In this document: positions 18,166 through 27,182 of the stretch, one piece after another
How the letters are laid out: every line of letters starts with the position of its first letter
Position numbering within the stretch: position 1 is the first letter of the stretch
Origin: Patescibacteria group bacterium
GTDB taxonomy: Bacteria > Patescibacteriota > Patescibacteriia > PEXW01
Direction: 5' to 3'
Assembly: GCA_041665345.1 (NCBI GenBank)
Contig: JBAYJA010000001.1
Coordinates: 602,522 to 666,521 of the forward strand
Length of the DNA: 64,000 nucleotides
Made by a program: the position numbers and the translations under genes
Notes under the pieces: model-generated
Databases searched by the model: none
What the model saw: the letters and a program-made list of their open reading frames with translations, nothing else
What the model was told of the DNA's origin: nothing

Positions 18166-20127
18166 TTACGCGGCTGCTTTAAATTTTTCCCCACTCACGT
18201 CACCAGTCTTTTTCTTGCGGAGGCGGAACGCAAACCGAGAATCTGGACTAAACTGGTCGTCATCCGCAACCCACTCCCCGTCCAATGACAGTCCGTCCTC
18301 GCTTCGTCCGAGAGAAAAAATGTCCGGATAGCTCCTCCTCCCAATAATTTGCTTCATGCCAGTATATAATGACTCGTTCATTGGCTGGTTGGCGTATTTC
18401 AGTCGGTACTGTGGCCCCACATTCGCAGCACACGGTTCCAAACCCAACTCCTGGGCACGTTTGAGGATTTCCTTGATCGTGGTGTATCTCTGGAAACCCA
18501 AGCTTTGCACGGTAGGGCAAATTAGGTGAGCTGCTTCAGATTTTTCCATCACTGAAAAATCTGAACCCCATAGCATAGCTTTTGCGTGATCACTTATTAT
18601 GACGCCTTGTTCCTCAAGCTGGCGGAGAAGTTCTTCTTTTGTTGTGCCGCCAATCTCTATAGTATCTTGTCTGATACGTCCTTCGGGGAAGGATGTGTAG
18701 ATGTGTGCCATGCCTTCGGGCAGCATCTGGAAGATACCAGGAACGAGTTTGCCCACGTAGGCCTTTGTATCTTCGGTAATATCCCCGGCGTCTCGGGCGA
18801 TTTGGTCTGGGCTACACTCGAACACCACAGGCATATCTGCTTCAGGGTTGCGAGTTTTAAGGAGTTCAGCAATCCGCGGGTCGCGATCATAGCCGAAACC
18901 CTCAATTTCGCTATCCAGTTCGTAGAGGAAACAGAGTTGTTCCTTCGTGAGGGCTTCTCCTGCCTTCGTGGCGTGCTCAATGGCCGTGAGTATCTTCATG
19001 TCCGCAGACTTCTTCTTGTACCCTTCTGCGCCGGGGAGGCTAGCCATTTTCTGCTCGGCGATGTCTGCCATGTTGCCTTCCAGGTTCTGCTGGTTATCTG
19101 CCACCCCACGGACTTCACCAATGTGGTCACCATCCATGCGGATGGCAATGCGGGGAATAGTGGGTTTGCCTTGGCTGTCGAGAGTGTAGTACACGTGGAA
19201 GTCGCCACCTTCGAGCTGCTTCTGGGCTGTGGCAAAGCCTTTGGTGCACCAAGCTGTGCCTTTGTTCTGCAGGGAGGCCCAGAGCGCGGTGGGGTCAGTG
19301 CCCTTTTGGTACGTCACCCACTTGCCTTGGGTTTCCTCACGCATCTCTGGGGTAATTTCCCCGGCCTGGCGGATACCCTCGGCGTACTGCTTGGCAAAGG
19401 AGAGTTTCGCAAAGGCGGCGGCTTTCTCCTTAGTGAGGAGCTCACCTGCTGGGAGGTTGTTATTCGCGGCGGCGCGCTGGGCATCCTGGAGGCGCACCAG
19501 CATGCCTGGGTCTTTCGCGGCCTCAATCATCTGCTGTACGTGCGCCAAGGCTCCGTGGTCCACATCGGGGAACAGGCGGGTGGTACCGGGGGAACGCTTC
19601 GTGAACTCGCCTTTGTCCTTGTCAAAGTCCCCCATCTCCAGCACGTTGCGAAAGGCGTAGTACCGGAACCAAGTGGGGTAGGGTTCGTTGGCGTCAGAGA
19701 GGTACAGCAGCCAGTTGTCCAGGGACTTTTCCAGGTCGACGACGGCAATGTCGCCACGCTGGTCCAACGCTTCTTCGTTATACCGTACATCCATTCCCAG
19801 GTTGCGGGCTGCACGCTCTTCTACCCGCGCGGCACCTTCGGCTAGCTTGTCTTTGTTGGTACGGACGTACTTCTCCATGACCATCTCCCGCAGCAAGGAG
19901 AGAGCACGGGGTCGGGATTTCCCAGCCACCATTTTCTTACCTTGGGTCTTCTCCGAGTCCATGGCCAGCCGTTCCAGACGGCCAAGGTAGTTCTGGATTT
20001 TTGCTGCTGGATCCTGCGGGACTTTTTCACCCGTCCGTCCCTCCGTATGCACAGCAGCACGTTCCACCTCATCACTGGTGTGGAGGTTATACTTTTCTTT
20101 TAGAAATTCAGGATTTTCGCCACGCAT
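18166..20127 (-). CDS. Hypothetical soluble protein, 653 aa, no recognised family
   Basis: Long ORF with balanced composition and AGGAG RBS 7 nt upstream, spaced 9 nt from the upstream DUF2079 gene. No motifs I can assign. Confidence 0.6.
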   Translation of the reverse strand: MRGENPEFLKEKYNLHTSDEVERAAVHTEGRTGEKVPQDPAAKIQNYLGRLERLAMDSEKTQGKKMVAGKSRPRALSLLREMVMEKYVRTNKDKLAEGAARVEERAARNLGMDVRYNEEALDQRGDIAVVDLEKSLDNWLLYLSDANEPYPTWFRYYAFRNVLEMGDFDKDKGEFTKRSPGTTRLFPDVDHGALAHVQQMIEAAKDPGMLVRLQDAQRAAANNNLPAGELLTKEKAAAFAKLSFAKQYAEGIRQAGEITPEMREETQGKWVTYQKGTDPTALWASLQNKGTAWCTKGFATAQKQLEGGDFHVYYTLDSQGKPTIPRIAIRMDGDHIGEVRGVADNQQNLEGNMADIAEQKMASLPGAEGYKKKSADMKILTAIEHATKAGEALTKEQLCFLYELDSEIEGFGYDRDPRIAELLKTRNPEADMPVVFECSPDQIARDAGDITEDTKAYVGKLVPGIFQMLPEGMAHIYTSFPEGRIRQDTIEIGGTTKEELLRQLEEQGVIISDHAKAMLWGSDFSVMEKSEAAHLICPTVQSLGFQRYTTIKEILKRAQELGLEPCAANVGPQYRLKYANQPMNESLYTGMKQIIGRRSYPDIFSLGRSEDGLSLDGEWVADDDQFSPDSRFAFRLRKKKTGDVSGEKFKAAA

Positions 20128-20136
20128 ATACTACTC

Positions 20137-22560
20137 CTACTCTATCCCCTTTTTCTTGAAAAACCAAAAGTTGTTCTCGTGGTTCACTAGCTCAAAACGT
20201 TCATCCTTTTGCAAGTCTTCAAACTGTACGTGGTTTCGCTGCCACTCTAAAGAACCTTCTTTTGCCAGGAGGACGAGAATGTAATCTGCCAACTCAATCC
20301 CCTGGGGGAATTGGTACAGGTGTTCCCGCTCAGCCAGTTGCGCGCCAACGGTGTTGGTTGCAGAGACTGGTGCATTTTCTGGGATCTGGTCAATTGCCGC
20401 GTGGATAACTGGCGCCATGGGTGCGCGCCAGTATGCCCGCATATCTGCATGCTGTGCATACGGTAGTGGGCTGAGCCGGTATGACTCCACTGCCCCTATA
20501 ACGAGCAAGAAGAGGGCCAAGAAACCAAAAAGAGATAGTCTCATCCAAGACTTTACCCGCCGATCCCACCAGGCTCCAAAACGACGCTGGAGTGCTGCGA
20601 TGCCAAAGATGGTACTAATGAAGACAAAACCGCCAATCGCCGCCTGATAGTGATAGATGAGGGTTCGTGGCTCGATCCGTTCATTGAAAAGGTTCACCAC
20701 AAAATCTGGCCAGGCAACAGCCAGCCAGAGCGGACTGGCGATGGAAAGAAAGCCAACTGGCCCCATGACCCCAGCGTACATATGCCGTGCCTGCTTCCCC
20801 GCCACCATGGAGACAATCAACCGCGGATTGGTCGTTGCAGTTTTCAGAATTTCCGAAGGTGACGAACCTAGGGTATCGTACAAAACTGTGTACTTATTAG
20901 GCACACCATGCCGTGCAGCAGGCATGATGAGGAAGTACACCAAGCAGAAGTACGCAACAGCCAAGCCAATAACCGTAAGTGCTCGTTTCCAGGCAATACG
21001 ATCTCGGAAGTACATGAGCACCCCCACCCCGGCCACCATCAGTGCCAGCTCCTCTTTGCATAATGCGAAGAGGATGGCGAAAATAGCAAACCGCCACCAA
21101 CGCTTTTCCACCATAGCCAGGATCATGCCAATGGCAAAGGTTGGCGCTAAGGTTAAACCATGAAAGTCAAAGAGCACGGCACGTTGCAGGGTTGGGTAGA
21201 ACAGGTAGCTGAGCGCTAGGACCGCGGCTAGCCACTCGTGCCCCAGGACTTTTCTGGCCAACCGGAACACGAACCACCCACCCAAGGCCACAATGCAAGC
21301 CTGCAAGACGAGTAGCAACATGGGGCTGGCAAAAATCCAGTACAGCGGGGCGATGAGAATGAGAATGAAGTCCGCGTGGTGAATTGCTCGGTAGACTGTT
21401 TCCGTGCTGTAGGGGTTGGTAAATTGGAATATCCTACCCTGGCTGGTGTTCCATACGGTCTGGTCCATATTCCCCAGGTCAAACCGGGAAGTTATGACTT
21501 TGGACTGCATGACCAGGGTGATGATGGAAAAGTAAACTGCAAAACCGATAATGAAAACAACAACGATCCCGGCTGGGGTGCGGATTTTTTGCCAGAGCCA
21601 TACTAATCCTTGCCTGATGTACGACCAGGCAAAGATGCCAACGCATACAAACTCTGCAATCGTTGCGCCCAAACGGACAAGTGTGGCGGCAATAACGCTG
21701 CTAGGTCCCAAGCTGACGCTCAAGAGGCCAGCGAGCACGGCCTCTCGCACGCCAATGCCGCTGGGGGTGAGGAAGCTCAGGTACCCCAATGCCCAGCTCA
21801 GAGGCAGTGCGGCCAGCGCCAACACAATGGATACAGCCGCTTCAGTTTGAAAAGCTCGGAGCAGCAAATACCCACCAACGCTGTACGACGTCCATGCGAG
21901 GAGCTCCCACACGAAAATAGTACAGAAAACTTGCCCGCCAATTGGCGCTGCAACGAATTGCTTCCCCATGCGCTGCATACCCCAAGCCAAGAACCGGTGG
22001 ACAAGCTTGGTTGCAAAGACTGCAACCACCGCGCCAGCCGCACCAAGACCGCCAGCATACCGAACCCATGATGGAAGATCTGAAGTGAAAAGCGCAAACG
22101 CACCACCTAACGTTGCCGCTGCAGCCAGCATGCCCGCGACTTCAATAATCGTTGCGTACAACCCGGTGCCAGACGCCATCCCAAACTTTGCACTCTGCGC
22201 CATGCGGCCAAGCACGCTCCATACATTCCCCGGAATGTACCGCACTGCATCAGAGAGCATGATAACCTGTCCGGCTTCCCGGTACGACAGACGCGTACCC
22301 AAGGCTTTACTCAGGTGCTGCCAGGCAAAAATGCGGAAAAAGGAAAAGCCACTAAAACCAAGTAAGCCCAGCACCAGCCAGCGGACGTCCGGTGCGTGCC
22401 ACGCCTGCGCAACCGTGCCCCAGCTCTGTTGCAGAGCGCGTGCGAAGAAAAGAACGACAAGCAGGACAACCACGGTTGCCAGCACCCGGCGTATGGGCTT
22501 TTGCAGATTAGACCAGCTCACCATGCCCATTCCATTCATCTCGCACAGGGACAGAATCAC
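20137..22560 (-). CDS. Fusion membrane protein: N-terminal UPF0104 flippase-like (lysyl-PG-synthase TM-like) domain plus C-terminal DUF2079-like polytopic domain
   Basis: N-terminal ~330 aa are multi-TM with an LTPSGIGVREAVLAGLL motif typical of UPF0104. The remainder is polytopic with DLGNMDQTVWNTSQG typical of DUF2079. Overlaps the GT2 gene ORF end. Confidence 0.6.
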   Translation of the reverse strand: MILSLCEMNGMGMVSWSNLQKPIRRVLATVVVLLVVLFFARALQQSWGTVAQAWHAPDVRWLVLGLLGFSGFSFFRIFAWQHLSKALGTRLSYREAGQVIMLSDAVRYIPGNVWSVLGRMAQSAKFGMASGTGLYATIIEVAGMLAAAATLGGAFALFTSDLPSWVRYAGGLGAAGAVVAVFATKLVHRFLAWGMQRMGKQFVAAPIGGQVFCTIFVWELLAWTSYSVGGYLLLRAFQTEAAVSIVLALAALPLSWALGYLSFLTPSGIGVREAVLAGLLSVSLGPSSVIAATLVRLGATIAEFVCVGIFAWSYIRQGLVWLWQKIRTPAGIVVVFIIGFAVYFSIITLVMQSKVITSRFDLGNMDQTVWNTSQGRIFQFTNPYSTETVYRAIHHADFILILIAPLYWIFASPMLLLVLQACIVALGGWFVFRLARKVLGHEWLAAVLALSYLFYPTLQRAVLFDFHGLTLAPTFAIGMILAMVEKRWWRFAIFAILFALCKEELALMVAGVGVLMYFRDRIAWKRALTVIGLAVAYFCLVYFLIMPAARHGVPNKYTVLYDTLGSSPSEILKTATTNPRLIVSMVAGKQARHMYAGVMGPVGFLSIASPLWLAVAWPDFVVNLFNERIEPRTLIYHYQAAIGGFVFISTIFGIAALQRRFGAWWDRRVKSWMRLSLFGFLALFLLVIGAVESYRLSPLPYAQHADMRAYWRAPMAPVIHAAIDQIPENAPVSATNTVGAQLAEREHLYQFPQGIELADYILVLLAKEGSLEWQRNHVQFEDLQKDERFELVNHENNFWFFKKKGIE

Positions 22561-23458
22561 GATCTACGGACCGGACGAGCAATTCTGCAAGGAGACCGGT
22601 AAAAATGAGCTGCAGACCAACGAGCGCAAAGAATATGCCAAAGGTGAGGAGTGGCCGGGTGCCAATTGCTGCGCCGGTGAAGAGTTTGACGCAGACGAGG
22701 TAGAGTAGAATGACACTACCCAGGAATGTCATGCTGGCGCCAATGCCACCAAAGAGGTGCAGCGGCCGCCGATTGTACTTGGTGAGAAAAAGTACAGTGA
22801 GCAAATCCAAGAAACCTCGAAGGTACCGTGCGCCGCGGTACTTCGTTTCGCCGTACTTTCGGACCCGCGTGTGCGTTGGCACTTCCACCACGGAAAAACC
22901 TTGGGTGTGCGCCAAGATAGGAATGTACCGATGCAGCTCGCCGTAGAGTACCAAACTCTGCGCAGCAGTTCGGGTGTAGGCCTTAATGGCAGAATTGAAG
23001 TCATGTAACTGCAAGCCAGACACTTTTCGGGTAATCGCATTAAAAAACTTGGACGGAAGTCGCTTCTCCAGACTGTCCGGCCGGTCAAACTTCCAACCAT
23101 TCACCACATCCGCCCCGTCTGCAATTTTCTCTAAGAGCTTGGGGATCTCTGCTGGGTCATTTTGCAAATCAGCATCCAGGGTCACAATCACCTCACCCCG
23201 AGCCTTTTGGAAACCAACGTAGAGTGCTGCAGCTTTCCCCATGTTCCGCCGGAGGATAATGGGATGTAATCGAGTGTCCGTCAGCGCTTGCGCACGGAGG
23301 AACGCTTGGCTGCGATCAGTCGAGCCGTCGTCCACCACAACAATTTCGTACGGGATGGCCAAAGTTTTGGCAAAGGCATGGAGTTCAGCAAAAAGCTCAG
23401 GCAAGCTCTGGCGCTCGTTGAATGCTGGGGTAACGAAAGAAATCGACCGGGGTGTCAT
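22508..23458 (-). CDS. GT2 family polyprenol-phosphate glycosyltransferase (GtrB/ArnC/DPM1-like) with C-terminal TM helices
   Basis: Motifs FVTPAFNER, VVVDDGSTDRS and TLDADLQNDP plus two C-terminal TM helices. Start moved to the ATG of MTPRSISF, which has an AGGGG RBS. Confidence 0.8.
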   Translation of the reverse strand: MTPRSISFVTPAFNERQSLPELFAELHAFAKTLAIPYEIVVVDDGSTDRSQAFLRAQALTDTRLHPIILRRNMGKAAALYVGFQKARGEVIVTLDADLQNDPAEIPKLLEKIADGADVVNGWKFDRPDSLEKRLPSKFFNAITRKVSGLQLHDFNSAIKAYTRTAAQSLVLYGELHRYIPILAHTQGFSVVEVPTHTRVRKYGETKYRGARYLRGFLDLLTVLFLTKYNRRPLHLFGGIGASMTFLGSVILLYLVCVKLFTGAAIGTRPLLTFGIFFALVGLQLIFTGLLAELLVRSVDRDSVPVRDEWNGHGELV

Positions 23459-23540
23459 ACCCCTGTATGCTAGCAAGCCCTGGAAGGATTTGGCAAACCC
23501 GATACCACAAGAGAAAGTAAGGAAATTTCACTATTCATAC

Positions 23541-23591
23541 AAAAGGAAAAGAGGGCATCGTTATCGACCGAAGTCGAATGTGCGTGCCCTC
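23541..23591 (-). terminator. Intrinsic-terminator-like structure with nested UUCG tetraloop hairpin
   Basis: On the minus strand, the outer stem GAGGGCA/UGCCCUC encloses CGAC-UUCG-GUCG and is followed by UUUUCCUUUU. It lies between gene C of the upstream operon and the GT2 gene. Confidence 0.45.
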
Positions 23592-23648
23592 ATGTTTGGG
23601 TCACTTGACCCTAAAGATAGATGTATTTGAAAACAGAATACGAAATAA

Positions 23649-23676
23649 AGTATACAGTAATGAAAGTTTTTGTCAA
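23649..23676 (-). promoter_or_regulatory. Candidate sigma70 promoter TTGACA-N16-TATACT (minus strand)
   Basis: Reverse complement reads TTGACAaaaactttcattactgTATACT. It lies upstream of the terminator-like structure and the GT2 operon. Confidence 0.4.
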
Positions 23677-23742
23677 ATGGAAAGCACATTTTTGGCTTAG
23701 CTAAGCTAAAATTCCTAAGATATATTAATACCTTAACCACTG

Positions 23743-25623
23743 CTACTTGAACCGCACGACCTGACCAAAAGCAATGGGTTGTTCAGGGTCAGACTCTTTG
23801 GCGAGCTTGGGTTTTTGGGCAGGTGGAATAGGCTTTGGCTCTTCTGCTGGTGTTTGCGTAGGTTGAGATGTCGCAGCTGGTGCAATTGGCCGCTGGGAGG
23901 CCTGGGGTGCTGGAACCTGTGGCTGCAGTGGCCGGGGTTGCTGGTTGAAGCGTGGTGAAGGATTGTACGACGGTCGTCCACCAGGGCCTTGCCGGCGGGG
24001 GCCTTGGTGCTGGCCAAAACTGGAACCACCTTCCCGCCCAGGGCCGGTGGGACGAGGACCTTGTGGACGTGGGTACGGCGGTCTTTCAGAACGGGGTGCA
24101 GGTGACGCTGTACGATTTTCGCTGGGTGGTGCTGTTGGCTGGCTTGGCTGCGACTGTGGCAGCAAATCGCTGAGCTTCATTGCTGGTTGCTCAGGCGTGC
24201 TGGCGACAACTGGTTCCACCTCCACTTGGTCACGCTGGAAGAGATTATTTGGCGGCCGGCGCTTCTTGCCCTCTGCCCGGTATGGCGACTCCTCTTGCTG
24301 CACGGCAATGTTCTCCTCTTCAGCCGAAGCTCGGTACACCTCATCAACTCCGCTCCAGCGGAGAATTTTCTCTTCAACTTCTTTCTGTGGGGCGCTGTAC
24401 CGTTCCCGTGAAGCAGCAATCACCTTTGCTCGGTTGTCAGTTCGACCACCCACGGGCGGCAACGTGGTAGCGCTAAACGGTTCAGAGGCAACCCCGTCAA
24501 TCATCAACTTGAGGTAGATTTCGTACTTAGGGAGGTTCACTAAATCCACCTGGGTAAAGGTCGGGAAAAACTCTTTTTCCAAAAATTCACCATCTGCCCC
24601 ACCCACCCGGAATGCCATAATCGTACCCACGTTCCCAAAGACCGCCGGTGCAACCTTCTCATCCAACTGCTCAATGTACTGGTGGGCAATGGTGAGATTC
24701 AAACGGTACTTCCGAGCTTCGGAGAGAATGTTCGCAAAACTCTCCGTGGCAAAGTTTTGGAATTCGTCCACGTACAGGAAGAAGTCATGACGCTCTTCTT
24801 CCGGAATGTCCACCCGGCTCATGGCTGCCAGCTGCATGCGAGTAATCATCATGGCGCCCAGCAAGGCAGAGTTATCTTCACCAATGCGACCTTTGGAAAG
24901 GTTGAAGAGCAAAATTTTTCGGCTGTCCATTATTTCCCGCAAATCAATGGAACTCTTGGACTGGCCAACAATGTTGCGAATAATGGCACTGGAGAGAAAT
25001 TGCCCAACCTTGTTTTGAATTGGGGCCACTGCTTCATTCCGAAATTTGTCATTGTAATTATTAAATTCATCAACCCAAAAACCCTTGACGATTGGATCAG
25101 TGACCTTGGTGAGTACGCGGGTGCGGTAATTCCGGTCAACCAGCATCCGCGCCACCCCCAACATGGTTGAGCCAGGATACTCCAAGAGTGCGAGAATGGT
25201 GTTGTTCAAGATGTACTCCATACGCGCAGACCACACCCCTTCCCAAATCTTGGTAAACACACCCATTAAACCGGAAGCAACTAAGTGCCGCTGCGTTGCG
25301 TCCACTGCTTCCAGTACGTTGAACGCAATGGGGTACTCCATGTCAGACGGATTGAAGTACACCACATCATTCACTCGGTGGTTGGGAATGAAGTCTAAGA
25401 CTTTTTCCACCAGGTCGCCGTGCGGGTCAACCAGGGCTAAGCCATGACCAGCGTTGATATCATTAATAATCAAATTTTCCAAAACCGTGGTTTTGCCCAT
25501 ACCCGTCTTCCCAATGAGGTACATGTGGCGCCGGCGGTCATCCAGCTTTATGCCAAAACGCCGATGCCCACCCTGGTAATTGGTGGCAGCAAAAACGTTA
25601 ATTTCTGGACGCGCTTCAGGCAT
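23743..25623 (-). CDS. VirD4/TraG/TraD (TrwB)-like coupling-protein-type P-loop ATPase lacking N-terminal TM domain, with long Pro/Gln-rich C-terminal tail
   Basis: Walker A LIGKTGMGKTT at aa 35-45, then VDPHGD and Walker B FFLYVDEFQNF, matching the T4CP/FtsK-HerA superfamily. No hydrophobic N-terminus. The last ~150 aa are P/Q/S-rich and disordered. Confidence 0.65.
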   Translation of the reverse strand: MPEARPEINVFAATNYQGGHRRFGIKLDDRRRHMYLIGKTGMGKTTVLENLIINDINAGHGLALVDPHGDLVEKVLDFIPNHRVNDVVYFNPSDMEYPIAFNVLEAVDATQRHLVASGLMGVFTKIWEGVWSARMEYILNNTILALLEYPGSTMLGVARMLVDRNYRTRVLTKVTDPIVKGFWVDEFNNYNDKFRNEAVAPIQNKVGQFLSSAIIRNIVGQSKSSIDLREIMDSRKILLFNLSKGRIGEDNSALLGAMMITRMQLAAMSRVDIPEEERHDFFLYVDEFQNFATESFANILSEARKYRLNLTIAHQYIEQLDEKVAPAVFGNVGTIMAFRVGGADGEFLEKEFFPTFTQVDLVNLPKYEIYLKLMIDGVASEPFSATTLPPVGGRTDNRAKVIAASRERYSAPQKEVEEKILRWSGVDEVYRASAEEENIAVQQEESPYRAEGKKRRPPNNLFQRDQVEVEPVVASTPEQPAMKLSDLLPQSQPSQPTAPPSENRTASPAPRSERPPYPRPQGPRPTGPGREGGSSFGQHQGPRRQGPGGRPSYNPSPRFNQQPRPLQPQVPAPQASQRPIAPAATSQPTQTPAEEPKPIPPAQKPKLAKESDPEQPIAFGQVVRFK

Positions 25624-25625
25624 AG

Positions 25626-27176
25626 TTACTCAATGAAAGGAAGATTTGTTGGAATTTGCGGTTGCGGTGGTGCAGGCTCCGTTGGCTGCGGTTGCGCTGG
25701 GGCTACAGCTGGGGGCGGGGTCAGTGGCTCTGCTGTGGGAAGTGCTGCCGGCGCTGAGGCTTTTGCGGCAACTGAAGCTGAGCGCATTTTTTGGATAATT
25801 TGTGGGGTTTCCGTTGGCAGGTAAACTGGCGCCCCGCCCCGCTTCGTCTCCGATTTCTGCACTTGCCCAGCTTTCACGTCAATGGTTGGGAAGTGGAAAA
25901 TGGATGCCATTTCTTCAACATTCATGTAGATTGCTTCGCGGCCACGCCACACCGAACGAATGCGATAGTTGTACAAATTACGCCGCTTCCGGTCTCGCAT
26001 CCGGTACTCCTTCAAAAGCACAATATCACTGGTCTTTGTGAGTTTGCTAAAGGTAAAAATGTTACTATCCGCAATTGCGTACTGCTTCAACGCACCAACG
26101 ACGCCGTTCACGCCCTTGGCTTTGTTAAAAGGTTTCCGACCATCTGGCCCGGGCGTGACTTTCCCCCAGTAAATGAAACGACCCTTGACCTTGAAAGCGA
26201 TTTTCGAAAGCTTCATTTCAATCTGGGTTACCGTATCCCGCTCACCCGGAGAGAGGTGCAGCATGAGGGAAGGCGGATCATCCTTCTTCTGCTTCTGCGT
26301 TTCCCATGACCCAGGAGGGATGAGCGAGGCGGTGAGCGCTTCCCGAACACCCTGACCCACAAGCCGTGGCACCTCCCAAGGGCTACCTTTTTCCTTCCCC
26401 TTCTTGCCAATAAGCTTGTGCACAATTTCCTGTGCTTTGTCGCGCCAGGCGTAGTCCTCTTGCTGCAAGCACCACTGAATCCAAATCTGCTCGTCAGGAC
26501 TAATACGGCTCATAATTTCCAGTAACGCACCCATAGGATCAATGAGCTTCTGCGACATGCTGTGTTCGAAGAAGGGGTAGGTCCGGATTGGGTAGGCACT
26601 GTGGCGTAAAAAGTTTATTTGTGCGGACCAGCAGTCCCACTCTTTCTGATGCTCCAGCTCTCTAGGCTTCGGCATGAAATCCACATAGTCCTCCACCTCG
26701 GTAATTTCCGCATCTGGGTACTGAGCGTAAATTGCAGACTCAATGATGTCTCGTTGAATAATAAGGCAACGGACAAAAAATTGGACGTACCCACCCAAAC
26801 TCGCAATTTCTACCGACATGTTTGGCGGCACGAAGCCGTACGAAAAAAACTCGGTGAAAGGCAAGCCCCACTTCTCTGGAAAAATTGGCTGTTTGGAAAT
26901 GCCATGGAAGTGCGCGAACATCTGCTCCGCTGCTTTTGGAGTTTGCTCGCTATTTTTGGGCACATCCACCGCCAAGAGCACGTACTTCCCCACGTAGTTC
27001 TTCATGACGTACCGGGTGGTAATCCACTCAAACCAGGCGTACTTCATGCCAACGAGAAAGGTCCAAACCACAGCGATCCAGCCACCGTTGTTGAAAATGA
27101 AAATCGCCATACTGACCGGGTTTCCGGCAGAGGCGCGAAAATCATTCAGGAGAAGCGTGGTGTCGAGGAGGGCCAT
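25626..27176 (-). CDS. Hypothetical membrane-anchored protein (single N-terminal TM, 516 aa, Pro/Ala-rich tail)
   Basis: TM segment VSMAIFIFNNGGWIAVVWTFLVGM, a large domain of unknown family, and a C-terminal PAxP-rich tail. Lies 2 nt upstream of the ATPase gene. Confidence 0.5.
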   Translation of the reverse strand: MALLDTTLLLNDFRASAGNPVSMAIFIFNNGGWIAVVWTFLVGMKYAWFEWITTRYVMKNYVGKYVLLAVDVPKNSEQTPKAAEQMFAHFHGISKQPIFPEKWGLPFTEFFSYGFVPPNMSVEIASLGGYVQFFVRCLIIQRDIIESAIYAQYPDAEITEVEDYVDFMPKPRELEHQKEWDCWSAQINFLRHSAYPIRTYPFFEHSMSQKLIDPMGALLEIMSRISPDEQIWIQWCLQQEDYAWRDKAQEIVHKLIGKKGKEKGSPWEVPRLVGQGVREALTASLIPPGSWETQKQKKDDPPSLMLHLSPGERDTVTQIEMKLSKIAFKVKGRFIYWGKVTPGPDGRKPFNKAKGVNGVVGALKQYAIADSNIFTFSKLTKTSDIVLLKEYRMRDRKRRNLYNYRIRSVWRGREAIYMNVEEMASIFHFPTIDVKAGQVQKSETKRGGAPVYLPTETPQIIQKMRSASVAAKASAPAALPTAEPLTPPPAVAPAQPQPTEPAPPQPQIPTNLPFIE

Positions 27177-27182
27177 CGTGAA

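Noticed and set aside
18586-19845. 419-aa plus-strand ORF inside the 653-aa minus-strand gene
   Set aside because: It lies entirely antisense within a better-supported gene, and its composition (G/V/L/H-rich, no motifs) is typical of a shadow ORF.
23598-23611. Palindrome GGGTCACTTGACCC as a transposon or IS terminal inverted repeat
   Set aside because: It is a single copy with no partner repeat, transposase or target duplication. It is better explained as a small RNA hairpin or operator within a leader.
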